Counted from the first letter of the stretch, positions 45,458 through 60,227 are shown. The stretch is 64,000 bases of DNA from Myxococcota bacterium (GCA_036338695.1 JAYZBQ010000048.1:32001-96000), one strand, 5' to 3'. A program made the numbers and translations. Notes: generated by a model from the letters alone, not told the origin.

Positions 45458-46780
45458 ATGAGCGATCGTATCGCATTAGTGGAAGATGACCCGGGCGGAC
45501 GCAAGGTCGCTTCGGCGATGCTTAGCCGTGCCGGGATGGAGGTCATCGCCTTCGCCAGCGCAGAAGACTTCTTGCGCGTGCGGCCAGCGGTCTCCGTCGT
45601 CCTGACCGACCTGATGATGCCGGGCATCGATGGCCTGGAGCTGATGCGCCAGCTCAAATCAAACCAAGGTGATGACGTCGAGGTCGTCCTGATCACGGCC
45701 TTCGCGACGGCGGACGTCGCCGCCCAAGCCATGGCGCAAGGCGCCTTTCACTTCCTGACCAAGCCGCTCGACCCACAGCTCTTGGTCGAGACCGCGCGCC
45801 GTGCGGCCGAACGCGTCCGCCTGAGAAGCCGCGTGGCGCGCCTTGAGGATCGGCTAGCGACCTATGAGAGCCAGGAGATCATCGGCGCCTCGAAAGCGAT
45901 CGGAGACCTTCGAGAGCAGCTCGCGCGGCTGGCTCAAGCAGAGCTCCCGGTGCTGATCACAGGCGCATCGGGGTCGGGCAAAGAGCTCGCTGCGCGCGCC
46001 CTTCACCTCGGCAGCGCGCGGCGGGACGAACCCTTCGTCGCAGTCAACTGCGCAGCGCTCCCCGCCAACCTTCTCGAGTCGGAGCTCTTCGGTCACCTGC
46101 GCGGCGCCTTCACCGGCGCCGACGCGCGCCGAAAGGGTCGCTTCCTCGAGGCGCATGGCGGTACCTTGTTCTTGGATGAGATCGGCGAGATGCCGATGGC
46201 GCTGCAAGCCAAACTGCTGCGGGTGCTTGAGCGCGGCGAGGTCACCCCACTCGGCGCCGACAAACCGACCCAAGTCGACGTCCGACTCGTCGCCGCAACC
46301 AACCAAGAGCAGCTCAGCTCGGTGTTGCGTGACGACCTGTATTACCGACTAGCAGGCGCACGCGTCGACGTACCCAGCCTGGCGCAGCGGCGCGACGACG
46401 TCCCGATTCTTGCGGCGCACTTTCTGGCTCGGCATGGGCTCAGAGCACCTAAGCTGGGCTCCAAGGCGCTGGAGGCGCTGCAAAACTACGACTGGCCCGG
46501 TAACGTGCGCGAGCTGGCGCACACCTGCGACCGCCTCGCAGCGCTGTACCCAGGCGCCGACCTCGAGACGCTCCCCGAATCGCTCGATGCCCAAACGAGC
46601 CCGGCTCAGGCTGGGCTGATCATCGACCCGAACTGGACACTCGAAGCGATCGAAGCGCGCGTCATCGACTGGACCCTCGAGCGCTTTGACGGCAACCGAC
46701 AAGCGACCGCCAAACACCTCGGGATCGGGGTGCGCACCCTCTATCGCCGCCTCAAGGACGATCCACCGACAGCGCGCTAA
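45458..46780 (+). CDS. Sigma54-dependent response regulator (NtrC/AtoC family)
   Basis: Receiver domain (VEDD, DLMMP, KP), GASGSGKE, GAFTGA, FLDEIGE, WPGNVREL, Fis-type HTH. Confidence 0.95.
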   Translation: MSDRIALVEDDPGGRKVASAMLSRAGMEVIAFASAEDFLRVRPAVSVVLTDLMMPGIDGLELMRQLKSNQGDDVEVVLITAFATADVAAQAMAQGAFHFLTKPLDPQLLVETARRAAERVRLRSRVARLEDRLATYESQEIIGASKAIGDLREQLARLAQAELPVLITGASGSGKELAARALHLGSARRDEPFVAVNCAALPANLLESELFGHLRGAFTGADARRKGRFLEAHGGTLFLDEIGEMPMALQAKLLRVLERGEVTPLGADKPTQVDVRLVAATNQEQLSSVLRDDLYYRLAGARVDVPSLAQRRDDVPILAAHFLARHGLRAPKLGSKALEALQNYDWPGNVRELAHTCDRLAALYPGADLETLPESLDAQTSPAQAGLIIDPNWTLEAIEARVIDWTLERFDGNRQATAKHLGIGVRTLYRRLKDDPPTAR

Positions 46781-49601
46781 ACGTCCTGAGGGCCGAGGCG
46801 CGCTGCCGCCCCATCGTGTTGTAGAGGTCGCTGCCCCAGCACCAGACGCTGCCGTCGCTGCGCCGAGCGCAGCTGTGGGTCGCGCCAACCGTGACCTCGA
46901 CGACCTCATCGAGCGCTGAGACAGAAACAGGGCTCAAGCGGTTGTTGGCGCCTCCGTCGCCGCAGTTCCCCAGATCATTGCGCCCCCAACACCTCACCTC
47001 GCCGCCCTCAAGGACAGCGCAGCTGTTGAACTCACCCACGGCGATCGAGGTCGCCGACTCGACCGACTCCACGGGGACGGGTCGACGGCGTGACGAGTTG
47101 GTGCCATCGCCGAGCTGTCCGTAGCCGTTATGCCCCCAACAAAAGACCCGGCCATCATCGCCGAGCGCGCAGTGGTGATAACGGCCTGAGCCGATCGCGA
47201 CCATGCCCGACAGATCTGCGACGGGACCCGCCTGCCAGCGCGAGCGAACCTGACCGTCGCCTAGCTCACCGAGGCTGTTGTTCCCCCAACAGCTGACGCT
47301 CCCGTCGTCGTGCAACGCACAGCTCGAGCGCTGCCCACCGTCAATTGCGACCACATCTGTGAGTGCGCGCACTGGCGTCGGCGTCTGACGCCGCGTGTTC
47401 GTGCCATCGCCGAGCTGTCCCCAGACGTTGTAACCCCAGCAAACAGCGGTGGCCGAGTCGGTCAGTGCGCAGCTGTAATCACGACCAAAACCCATGGCAC
47501 GCAGCGGGGTCAAGGCCGGGACGCTCACGGCTCGGTCGCGGCTCGTAAGGGTCCCGTCACCGAATTGACTGTTGTTGTTCAGCCCCCAACAGGACACGCC
47601 GCCTGCCTCATCTTTGGCGCAGGTGTGATACCCACCCGCCGCCAAGCGCGTGACGCGGCGCTCCAAGCCCACCACAGAGCGGGGCTCACCCACGCCCAGA
47701 CTCAGGGCGCCGAGCGTCCCGTAGTAGTTCCTCCCCCAGCAGCTGACCGCGCCCTGCGCGTCTAAGCTGCAGGTGTGAATCAACGACGCCACCACCTGGA
47801 CTGCGTCGCGCACACCCGCGACCGGTTCGGCGGTCTGCCCGATGCCAGCACGCCCATCGCCCGCCGCCTCACCATAGACGTCAAGCCCCCAACACAACCT
47901 CGACCCGCTCTCCGTCTCAACGCAGCTGTGGTCATAGGCGACATCGAGCGCAGCGACCCCGGCGATACCGTGACTCAAGACCGGGACTAAGCGGCTTGCG
48001 CGCGACCCGTCACCGAGCTGCGCAAAATGATTGAGCCCCCAGCAGTAGACAGCGCCCTCTCGGCTCCGTGCGCAGGTGTGATGATTCCCGGCGGAGACCT
48101 CCTCCATCTCCGGTAATCCAGCGACCCGAACAGGGCTCCTGCGGTTCCCCGTGGTGCCATGCCCGAGCTTACCGTGCAGGCCAGCGCCCCAGCACCAGAC
48201 GGCGCCCTCTTCGGTCACGGCGCAGGTGTGCTGCGCCCCCGCCGTGAGGCTGACGACCCCGTTCAGACCGACCACGTCCACGGCGGCGCGGGCGCTCCGA
48301 CCTCGGTTATCACCCAGCTGCCCCTCGTTGCCCCGCCCCCAGCAGCGGACCGTTCGGTCTTGCTGGAGCACGCAGCTGTGTTCGCCGCCCAGCGCCAGCT
48401 CGTCGACCTGATCGATCCCGTGCACCGGCACCGGCCAGACCATGTAGGCGTTGCCCGAGGCGGGGTCGCCGAGCTGACCAAAGTTGTTGTGCCCCCAGCA
48501 CAAGGCGTTCCCATTCGCCATGGTCGCGCAGGTGTGCTGTGCGCCACAAAACAGCCCCTGCGCGCCCTCCGGCAGCAGGACCTGTTGCGGCTGAGGCTGC
48601 TCGTCGTTTCGACCCATCCCAAGTTGTCCGACGTGGTTCCGTCCAAAGCAAAACACCTCGCCATCGGACTCGAGCGCGCAGGTGTGGGTCATCCCGGCGC
48701 AAAACTGCGTCACCGCCCCCAAGCGCTCGACCTCTTGCGGCGCCGCTGCGCGCGCCATCGGCCCCACACCGAGCTGGCCGTAACCGCCCGAACCCCAACA
48801 GGCTAAACGCCCCTCAGCGTCCAATCGGCAGGCATGGTGTAACCCCGCATCGACGCGACCAGGGGCCGCCTCGACCTGGCAGCTGGCCCCGCAACCATCT
48901 CCAGGCAGCGTGTTGCCGTCATCGCACGCCTCTTCTCCGTCCTGGACAAACCCGTCGCCGCACGCCGCGAGGGTACAATCGATCAAGCAACCATCGAGCT
49001 GTGACGTGTTGCCGTCATCACAAGCCTCCGCGCCTTCTTGAACGACACCATCGCCGCAACGAGCGAGCGCACAAGCGTTGGTGCAGGCGTCGCCGTCGGC
49101 GCCGTTGCCGTCATCACAGGCTTCAACGCCGTCCTGAACATAACCGTCACCGCAAGACGCGATTAGACAACCACCGACGCAAGCGTCTGCGTTGCTGTCG
49201 TTGCCGTCGTCGCAGGCTTCGACGCCCTCTTGCACCACACCGTCACCGCAGCGAGCCGGCGCACAGGCGTTGGTGCAAGCGTCGGTGTCGACCCGGTTGC
49301 CGTCATCGCAGGCTTCGCTGAGCTGCAACGAGCCGTCCCCGCAGGAGGCCAGGGCGCACGTGCTCAGGCACGCGTCGGTCTCGACGGCGTTGCCGTCGTC
49401 GCAAGCCTCGCCTGCTTGGACCACACCGTCACCGCAGGCGGGCAGCTGACAGGCGTTGCTGCAGCCGTCATCTGCGACCAAGTTGCCGTCATCGCACGCC
49501 TCGCCTGAGTCGACGACGCCGTTGCCACAAAGCAGCGCTGCGCTGGGCTCTGCGCAGCTCATCACGCCAGCAACAACCCACAAAAAACCAACCTGACGCA
49601 T
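46752..49601 (-). CDS. Lipoprotein with 7 myxobacterial Cys-rich repeats and 14 RCC1-like repeats
   Basis: Lipobox [17 protein letters not shown]...C x7; C(W/F)G.N..GQLG x14. Confidence 0.88.
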   Translation of the reverse strand: MRQVGFLWVVAGVMSCAEPSAALLCGNGVVDSGEACDDGNLVADDGCSNACQLPACGDGVVQAGEACDDGNAVETDACLSTCALASCGDGSLQLSEACDDGNRVDTDACTNACAPARCGDGVVQEGVEACDDGNDSNADACVGGCLIASCGDGYVQDGVEACDDGNGADGDACTNACALARCGDGVVQEGAEACDDGNTSQLDGCLIDCTLAACGDGFVQDGEEACDDGNTLPGDGCGASCQVEAAPGRVDAGLHHACRLDAEGRLACWGSGGYGQLGVGPMARAAAPQEVERLGAVTQFCAGMTHTCALESDGEVFCFGRNHVGQLGMGRNDEQPQPQQVLLPEGAQGLFCGAQHTCATMANGNALCWGHNNFGQLGDPASGNAYMVWPVPVHGIDQVDELALGGEHSCVLQQDRTVRCWGRGNEGQLGDNRGRSARAAVDVVGLNGVVSLTAGAQHTCAVTEEGAVWCWGAGLHGKLGHGTTGNRRSPVRVAGLPEMEEVSAGNHHTCARSREGAVYCWGLNHFAQLGDGSRASRLVPVLSHGIAGVAALDVAYDHSCVETESGSRLCWGLDVYGEAAGDGRAGIGQTAEPVAGVRDAVQVVASLIHTCSLDAQGAVSCWGRNYYGTLGALSLGVGEPRSVVGLERRVTRLAAGGYHTCAKDEAGGVSCWGLNNNSQFGDGTLTSRDRAVSVPALTPLRAMGFGRDYSCALTDSATAVCWGYNVWGQLGDGTNTRRQTPTPVRALTDVVAIDGGQRSSCALHDDGSVSCWGNNSLGELGDGQVRSRWQAGPVADLSGMVAIGSGRYHHCALGDDGRVFCWGHNGYGQLGDGTNSSRRRPVPVESVESATSIAVGEFNSCAVLEGGEVRCWGRNDLGNCGDGGANNRLSPVSVSALDEVVEVTVGATHSCARRSDGSVWCWGSDLYNTMGRQRASALRTFSALSVDRP

Positions 49602-49667
49602 CGACAACCTCACCTTCGAACTCAAGCAATTGACATCAAGGCGATCCAGCGATCAAGGCGCGCCCGC

Positions 49668-51272
49668 TCAGCCCCCGAGCAGCGGCGCGAAGAAGTCGTT
49701 CCCCTTGTCGTCAACGATGATAAAGGCCGGGAAGTCCTTGACCGTGATCCGGTGGACGGCCTCCATACCGAGCTCGGGCATGTCGATCACCTCGATCTTC
49801 GTAATGCAGTCCGCGCCAAGGCGCGCGGCCGGTCCACCGATCGAGCCCAGATAGAACCCGCCGTGCTCTTGGCAGCTCTGCGTCACCTGCTCGCTGCGGT
49901 TGCCTTTCGCCAAGGTCACCAGCGAGCCGCCCAGAGGCTGAAACAGCGGGACATAAGGATCCATCCGCTGCGCCGTCGTCGGACCAAAACTGCCCGAGGG
50001 CAGCCCCTCAGGGGTCTTAGCCGGACCGGCGTAGTAGATCACGGAATCCGCGAAGTAATCCGGCATGGGCTCGCCGGCTTGGAGGCGCTCACGGATGCGC
50101 GCATGAGCGATGTCGCGCGCCACCGTGATCTGACCGCTGAGCAACAGCCCCGTCCCTACTGGGTGCTGCGTGAGGGCGGCGCGCACGGCGCTGAGCCCCT
50201 GGTCGAGGTCGATCGGGACCATCGACTCGGAGACCTCGCCCTCAGCCCAGAGCCGCTCAGGGTGCCGCTCAAGCTCTTCGAGAAACACCCCGTGGCGGTT
50301 GATCTTGGCTTTGATCTGACGATCTGCCGAGCAGCTCACGCCCAGGCCAACCGGGCACGACGCCCCGTGTCGAGGCAGACGGATGACGCGCGCTTGATGC
50401 GCAAAATACTTGCCGCCGAACTGAGCGCCGATCCCTGTCTTTTGCGCCAACTCGAGGACGCGCGCCTCCCACTCGAGATCACGAAAGGCGCGCCCGCTCT
50501 CGTCGCCGCTCGTCGGCAGCTCATCGAGGTAACGCGTCGACGCCAGCTTGACCATCTTGAGGTTCTGTTCGGCGCTGGTGCCACCGATGACGAGGCTGAG
50601 GTAGTAGGGCGGGCAAGCCGCCGTCCCGAGCCCTTTGATCTTCTCCTCGATAAACGCGGTCAGGTCGGCCTCGTTGAGCAGGCTCTTCGTCTTTTGGTAG
50701 AGGTAGGTTTTGTTCGCCGAGCCGCCCCCTTTCGCCATGAACAAAAAGCGGTACTCGTCGCCCTCCGTGGCGGCGAGGTCGATCTGCGCCGGCAGGTTGG
50801 TGCCCGTATTTTTCTCACGAAACATCGACAAGGGCGCGAGCTGAGAATAGCGCAGGTTGTGCTCGGCGTAAGTGCGCTCAACCCCCGCCGAAAGGGCCGC
50901 CTCGTCGCCGCCGCCTGTCCACACGCGATCGCCCTTTTTACCCATCACGATGGCGGTCCCGGTGTCTTGACAGCTCGGCAGGACGCCGCGCGCCGCGATG
51001 GTTGCGTTCTTGAGCAGCTCACGCGCCACGAAGCGGTCGTTGTCGCTCGCCTCGGGGTCCTTGAGGATATCGGCGAGGCTGCGAAGGTGCGCCGGCCGAA
51101 GCAGATGCGAGACGTCCTTCATCGCCTCTTGAGCGAGCAGCGTCAGCGCCGCCGGGTCGACCTTGAGGATGGTCTGCCCATCAAAGGAGTCCTCCTCAAC
51201 GAAGTCACCGTCGAGGCGGCGGTACGGGGTGTCGTCAGCCCCTAATCGAATCATCGGTTGATAACTGCTCAT
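49668..51272 (-). CDS. fumA: Class I (Fe-S) fumarate hydratase
   Basis: [46 protein letters not shown]. Confidence 0.95.
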   Translation of the reverse strand: MSSYQPMIRLGADDTPYRRLDGDFVEEDSFDGQTILKVDPAALTLLAQEAMKDVSHLLRPAHLRSLADILKDPEASDNDRFVARELLKNATIAARGVLPSCQDTGTAIVMGKKGDRVWTGGGDEAALSAGVERTYAEHNLRYSQLAPLSMFREKNTGTNLPAQIDLAATEGDEYRFLFMAKGGGSANKTYLYQKTKSLLNEADLTAFIEEKIKGLGTAACPPYYLSLVIGGTSAEQNLKMVKLASTRYLDELPTSGDESGRAFRDLEWEARVLELAQKTGIGAQFGGKYFAHQARVIRLPRHGASCPVGLGVSCSADRQIKAKINRHGVFLEELERHPERLWAEGEVSESMVPIDLDQGLSAVRAALTQHPVGTGLLLSGQITVARDIAHARIRERLQAGEPMPDYFADSVIYYAGPAKTPEGLPSGSFGPTTAQRMDPYVPLFQPLGGSLVTLAKGNRSEQVTQSCQEHGGFYLGSIGGPAARLGADCITKIEVIDMPELGMEAVHRITVKDFPAFIIVDDKGNDFFAPLLGG

Positions 51273-51273
51273 C

Positions 51274-51813
51274 TCACTCCCACAAGCCACGCCGGTTTTG
51301 GCGCGCTGTATCTTCAGCGTTCAAATAGTCACCGAGCCGGTCGAAGAGCTCATTGTTAAAGCGATAGACCCGCGCCAAGCCCTCCTCGAGGAGCTCTTCA
51401 CCGAGATCGCCGCCATCGGTGAGCCGGATGTAACCGAGCATTCGGCAGTAGCGATCATAGCACGCTTGCCCATCGACGCCTTGCGTGCACGTACCGAACG
51501 GGTCGGTGCACAGCGAGTCCCACTCCAGCCCGACCTGCAGCCCGGCGCGCCGGACCGCGTAGTCGACCGCCTCTTGGGCGAAGGGCTCGGGCGCTTGCGC
51601 CAAGTCGAAATTCATCTCCGGCGTGTTGATCCCCTTGAGGCGGACCCGAAAAATCTGCCCTTGGCGACGCACTTGCAGGGTGTCGCCGTCGATCACTTGC
51701 TCCACCGTCACCGGCTCTGAAAGCACCACACGCGCCCCCGCATCCGTGGCGGGATCCGGCTCAGGCAGCGGGCCGCATCCAAGCAGCAATGTGATGATCC
51801 CGACACAACGCAT
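51274..51813 (-). CDS. Thermonuclease (SNase) family lipoprotein
   Basis: Lipobox [34 protein letters not shown]. Confidence 0.88.
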   Translation of the reverse strand: MRCVGIITLLLGCGPLPEPDPATDAGARVVLSEPVTVEQVIDGDTLQVRRQGQIFRVRLKGINTPEMNFDLAQAPEPFAQEAVDYAVRRAGLQVGLEWDSLCTDPFGTCTQGVDGQACYDRYCRMLGYIRLTDGGDLGEELLEEGLARVYRFNNELFDRLGDYLNAEDTARQNRRGLWE

Positions 51814-51966
51814 GATCGATCCCCTTGTGCTCCTAGAAAGCGCCTGCACCGATGCGCTCAAGCTGTAAAGTACCCCCGTCAAAACGCTGACCAAGCGGGC
51901 CTTGCACCGGCGTCACTTCGCTCCTAAACAGCCGCCACCGTTTCGTGGGAAATCGGGAGTCTAGCC

Positions 51967-52908
51967 GTGTTGCGTCTCATCCTTGTGCTCAGCGTCCACT
52001 CTATAGCGTATCAGGCGCTTGCAAGCGAACCGCGCACGAAAGTCGTGGTCAACGGGTTGATGTCGCCCGTTTACTTCAACGACGGCGACACGTTCCGAGT
52101 CCTGTCCGGTCAGCTCAGCGGCACCAAGGCGCGCCTCGAGGGCTTTAACACCTTGGAGTCGTTCGGTCCGGTGCACCAATGGGGCGACTGGAGCTTTCGT
52201 GAGCTCTACGTCAACGCCAAGGCGGCGACTCTCCATGCGCGCCGCGGGATCTGGCGCTGCTCCTGGGATCAACGCGTCGACGGCTACGGGCGAGGGCTCT
52301 TCAAATGCCCCGAGCTCGCCATCCACATGATCCGGGCGGGCATGGCGCACGCCATGACCGTCACCGCCGAGCCGTCGCCCGAGGCGTACCTTGAGGTCCA
52401 GCGAGACGCGATGAAAAACCGGCGCGGCATGTGGGCAGGCGGCGTCCCCAAATACGTCCTCACCTCACTCCACTCGGTGGATGAAAAACCGAACCAAAAC
52501 TGGGCTTACAACCGCCTGGTCTCCACCCACGATGGGCACTCTGAGCGCTGGATTCATGGCGAGACCTATGGGGAATGCGATAAGGTCTGCGTCCAAGAAG
52601 TCGAGCTCGACAGCCAGGTCCTGCGAGAGGCGAAGCAACGGCTCGACTCGGTCGACGAGCTCACGACCTGGCGCACCTTACCGGCGCGCAAGCAGGTCGA
52701 AGTGCTCGAGATCTGGCTGATGATCGAGACGGTCTCGGCGCATATCCCCAAAGCGGAGCGTGACCTGATGCGCCAATCGTTGACCCAACTGGTGGACACC
52801 GGCTTGCTCGTCGCCACAAAATCGGCTCAGGGTGGCTGCATGATCTACACCGATTACCGACGGCGGTTCGGCGGCGGCAAGGCGAGCTGCTTGAAGCTGG
52901 CGCGATGA
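51967..52908 (+). CDS. Secreted SNase-like nuclease with C-terminal extension
   Basis: Signal peptide; NDGDT, RLEGFNTLE, DGYGR, AMKNRRGMW. Confidence 0.75.
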   Translation: MLRLILVLSVHSIAYQALASEPRTKVVVNGLMSPVYFNDGDTFRVLSGQLSGTKARLEGFNTLESFGPVHQWGDWSFRELYVNAKAATLHARRGIWRCSWDQRVDGYGRGLFKCPELAIHMIRAGMAHAMTVTAEPSPEAYLEVQRDAMKNRRGMWAGGVPKYVLTSLHSVDEKPNQNWAYNRLVSTHDGHSERWIHGETYGECDKVCVQEVELDSQVLREAKQRLDSVDELTTWRTLPARKQVEVLEIWLMIETVSAHIPKAERDLMRQSLTQLVDTGLLVATKSAQGGCMIYTDYRRRFGGGKASCLKLAR

Positions 52909-54305
52909 AGACCTCACACGCGCTGATCGCAGCGACGTTGATCGGGTGTTTGAGCTGCCAGTATGAGCTACCCTCGCGCCCTGTGCTCGGGTATGAGTTT
53001 GATGACGCCGCCTGCTCGGATGGCGTCGACAACGACCAAGACCAGCTGACCGACTGCGAAGACCCTGATTGCTTGGTTGGCTCCACCCACTGCGGCGAGC
53101 AGGTGCCGGTCATCCCGGACGGCAGGCCGGAGCGCGGCTTGCTCTGCCGAGATCAGATCGACAACGATGAGAACGGGCAATTCGACTGCGGGGACCCAGC
53201 GTGCCGAGAGCAGCTCGAGAACTGCTGCGTGCTCGAATTCTCGGATGAAACCTGCTCGGACGGGATCGACAACGACCAGAACGGTTTTGCCGACTGCGAA
53301 GACTTCTCCTGCCGCCAGGGGATCTTTGTGACGGTGTGCTTCGAAGGGGATCGTACGACCTGCAGCGACGGGCGCGACAACGACGGCGACGGCGACATCG
53401 ACTGCGCGGACTCATCGTGCAGCCGAGAGCCGACCTGCTCGGACTCCTGCGAGGGGCTCGAAGAGGGCGCCGAGGACACCTTGGCGCGCTGCACGGACGG
53501 CTGCGACAACGACGGCAACGGCTACACCGACTGCGACGACCGCAGCTGTGCGCTCAGCCAGGACCCCGCCGTGGTCCAAGCCTGCACGCCAGACCGTGGC
53601 CCTGAGAACACCCTGGCGCGCTGCACCGACGGCGCCGACAACGACGACAACGGCTTTGTTGACTGCAATGACTTTGGCTGCACTCGGAGCCAGGACCAAG
53701 CGATCTTGGACTACTGCGCTGAGCGCATGGAGAACACCCTCGAGCGCTGCGGCGACGGCGTTGACAATGACGACAACGGCTACGTCGACTGCAACGATTT
53801 TAGCTGCTCACGCAGCGACGACCCCGCCATTTTGGCGCTCTGCGCTGCCAGCGCCGAAGACACGGTCGAGCGCTGCTCGGATGGCGAAGACAACGACGGC
53901 AATGGGTTCATCGACTGCAATGACTTCAGCTGTTCGCAGTCGGACAACCCGGACGTGCTGGCGCTGTGTGGGACACCAGAGGGTGGCGGAGTCGACCCCG
54001 AAGCGGCCAGAGCCTCTTGCTCGGATGGGATTGACAACGACGGCAACGGCTACGTCGACTGCGCCGACTACAACTGCCGCAACGCCGAGGATGCGTTCGT
54101 ACGACAAGCCTGCCAAGAGTCGGTCTACCGCCCTGAGTTTGGTGGGATCGTGGCAGGCGCCCAAGAAGCGGCTAAGGCGAACGGCTTTTGCGAAGATGGA
54201 TTAGACAATGATGGAGATGGGTACACCGACTGCGCCGACTGGGACTGCAGCTGGAACCCGCTCGTGACGGTCTGTGACGGACCGAAAATCTGCGAGGAAC
54301 GCTGA
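52905..54305 (+). CDS. Lipoprotein made of 10 CxDGxDNDxNGxxDCxDxxC repeats (putative Ca-binding)
   Basis: Lipoprotein-like leader LIGCLSC; 10 repeats counted by eye. Confidence 0.8.
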   Translation: MKTSHALIAATLIGCLSCQYELPSRPVLGYEFDDAACSDGVDNDQDQLTDCEDPDCLVGSTHCGEQVPVIPDGRPERGLLCRDQIDNDENGQFDCGDPACREQLENCCVLEFSDETCSDGIDNDQNGFADCEDFSCRQGIFVTVCFEGDRTTCSDGRDNDGDGDIDCADSSCSREPTCSDSCEGLEEGAEDTLARCTDGCDNDGNGYTDCDDRSCALSQDPAVVQACTPDRGPENTLARCTDGADNDDNGFVDCNDFGCTRSQDQAILDYCAERMENTLERCGDGVDNDDNGYVDCNDFSCSRSDDPAILALCAASAEDTVERCSDGEDNDGNGFIDCNDFSCSQSDNPDVLALCGTPEGGGVDPEAARASCSDGIDNDGNGYVDCADYNCRNAEDAFVRQACQESVYRPEFGGIVAGAQEAAKANGFCEDGLDNDGDGYTDCADWDCSWNPLVTVCDGPKICEER

Positions 54306-55819
54306 TGAAACTTTGGATGCTGCTGTTCGCCCTCATCGCGAGCCCAGCGTGGGCGGCGGAGACCGTCTGCGACGACGGTCAAGACAACGACGCCGACTCG
54401 ATGATGGACTGCGCCGACAAAGACTGTGCGCAGGCGCCAAACTGCCAGCCTAGCGGCGTCGCCGAGAACTCCGACGCGCTCTGTTCAGACTGGGTCGACA
54501 ACGACGGCAACGGGCAAATGGACTGCGACGACGTCGCCTGCTTTGGCGCAGGGATCAGCGCCTGCCAAGGCAGCTTCGAGCGCAAAGCGGGGGTCCCCGT
54601 CCGGGTCGCTACACCCGCCCCGGCGACGACTCAAGCGCCCGCGCAGCAGCAGCCCAGCAGCGCACCGAGCGAGGCCGATCTACGCGCCAACGACAACGAC
54701 GGTGAGCGCAACGACCTGCTCTGCTCAGATGGGATCGATAATGACGGCGACGGCGCCGTGGACTGTGCGGACTACGGCTGCCGCTTTGACCCTACCGTGA
54801 CCATCTGTCAGGGGGCGCCGAGTATGCGCTTCTCGATCGTGGGGAACTTGGCGCAAAGCTACGACTTTGAGGAGAGCCAGGTCGACACCCGCTTCACCAA
54901 GCTGCAGCTGCGAAGCTTTGGTCCCATCCCGCTCATCCAAAACAGCTTCTACCTGGTCTCGATGCGCGCCGAGAAGACGCCGCGGCTGACCTTTGCGCTC
55001 TTTCAGGTTCCCTTGGGCGGTGGTCACTACCTTAACTTGAACTCCGGCGGCGGCGGGCTCTCCAACGCGCTCGTGGTCTCGACCGCCAAGCAGCTGCTCG
55101 GCGACCCAGCGTATTATCTCTACTCGGCCTTTGAACAAGGCAACGGCGCGGCCGCAGAGCTGGGCGGGCCGGTCCCCTTTCTCCCAGCAGGCCGCTTCAA
55201 CTATCGCCTGTTTGCGGCGGGGGGCTCGGGTCGCTTCTCCGGCAACATCGGCGGCCGCTACTTCACCTATGAGAACACCAACTACACCTACTCGGTGGGC
55301 GGCCAAATCGGCGCCAATCTGATCGGCTTTACCAGCCGCTGGGACTCCCCGTTCTTGCTCTCGCCGACGCCCACCGCCGTGGCGGTCCGGCTCGGCGCCA
55401 AATACGACCAACGGGCGCAGGAGCGCTACCCTGCGATCAACGCAGGGCTCACCGCACGCCATGGCCGCTTTGTGTTCTCATTCGAGGACTACTACAAACG
55501 CGAGCTCAACTTCGGCTCCATCCAGAACGCTTACAACGTCACCCTCGGCGCGCTCGTCATCAAAAAGAAGCTCATGGTGGCGGCTGACTTCGGTCAATTC
55601 CTAGCCTCGGACTTCACCAACCCACCCGAGCAGCTCCAGACGGATCTGAAGAAGATCCGTGACGAGACGCAGTGGCGCGCGGCGCTTCATTACTACTTCC
55701 GTGGGAATATTGGTCTGCTCAGCTTGATCTACTCTGATCATTACCTCGCAGCCAACGAGGCGGGTAAAGACAACGAGCGCAAACACAGCATCAAGCTCGT
55801 CGCTCAATACCGCTTCTAG
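54305..55819 (+). CDS. Outer-membrane beta-barrel (porin-like) with three N-terminal CxDGxDND repeats
   Basis: Signal peptide (SPAWA), 3 repeats, Pro/Ala linker, about 330 aa of amphipathic beta-strands, terminal VAQYRF beta-signal. Confidence 0.72.
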   Translation: MKLWMLLFALIASPAWAAETVCDDGQDNDADSMMDCADKDCAQAPNCQPSGVAENSDALCSDWVDNDGNGQMDCDDVACFGAGISACQGSFERKAGVPVRVATPAPATTQAPAQQQPSSAPSEADLRANDNDGERNDLLCSDGIDNDGDGAVDCADYGCRFDPTVTICQGAPSMRFSIVGNLAQSYDFEESQVDTRFTKLQLRSFGPIPLIQNSFYLVSMRAEKTPRLTFALFQVPLGGGHYLNLNSGGGGLSNALVVSTAKQLLGDPAYYLYSAFEQGNGAAAELGGPVPFLPAGRFNYRLFAAGGSGRFSGNIGGRYFTYENTNYTYSVGGQIGANLIGFTSRWDSPFLLSPTPTAVAVRLGAKYDQRAQERYPAINAGLTARHGRFVFSFEDYYKRELNFGSIQNAYNVTLGALVIKKKLMVAADFGQFLASDFTNPPEQLQTDLKKIRDETQWRAALHYYFRGNIGLLSLIYSDHYLAANEAGKDNERKHSIKLVAQYRF

Positions 55820-55846
55820 CGCCTTCACTTAGGACCGACCGCTACG

Positions 55847-59441
<3,595 letters not shown>

Positions 59442-59449
<8 letters not shown>

Positions 59450-60227
59450 AGGCTGCGTCCCAGCTCATGCGCTCGACCGCATGAATGGGCTGCGTGAAGA
59501 TGCGCTCAACGATGGGCATCGACAGCTCAGGTGAATCACTAAACGCAAGGCGGCAGTGACCTGCTCGCTCGGGCACCGTCTCTGGCGGGATCATCGCCGC
59601 AACGGCATCGCTCGAGTCGATCACGGTCACCGTCTGGCCGACATGGCGCTGCAAGAGGTCGTGAATCAAGGGATAGTGAGTGCAACCAAGGATCAACCGA
59701 TCATAGTCAAACCCGTCCAGCTCAGCGAGGTAGGTCTCGACGGCGGCGTGGATAGCCGGGTGGTCGTACCAGCCCTCCTCGATCATCGGCGCGAGTAAGG
59801 GGCACGCAACCTGACGCACAGAGGTCTCCGGCGCCACCGCATGAAGCGCGCGATGATACGCCGCCGAGGCCACGGTCCCGCGCGTGGCGAGCACAGCGAC
59901 GCCCGAGGTGCCGCCGCCGCGCTGCGCGGCCTGAGCGCCTGCTCGCACTACCCCGTAGACTGGGCGCCCCTTCGCCAGCTCAACGACCGCCTCCGACCCA
60001 TAGGCAGACGCCGTATTGCAGGCGATCACGAGCTGCTCACAGCCACGGTCTAAAAGCCAGCGAGCGCAATCGGTTGCGTAACGCGCAACCGTCTCTGCGC
60101 TGCGGCTGCCGTAGGGGACGCGCGCGGTGTCGCCTAGATACAACAAGTCGGCCCTTGGGAAAGCTTTGCGCAGCGCCGACAAGACCGTCAGCCCACCGAC
60201 GCCCGAATCAAAAACTCCGATCGTCAT
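59442..60227 (-). CDS. murI: Glutamate racemase
   Basis: [31 protein letters not shown] at 60227. Confidence 0.96.

Noticed and set aside
48900..49530. DNA-level repeats as a non-coding repeat element
   Set aside because: Fully explained by the protein-level Cys-rich repeats of the RCC1 lipoprotein.
49752..51245. 497-aa plus-strand ORF
   Set aside because: Antisense shadow of the fumarate hydratase gene. The same applies to the many other overlapping ORFs in the track.
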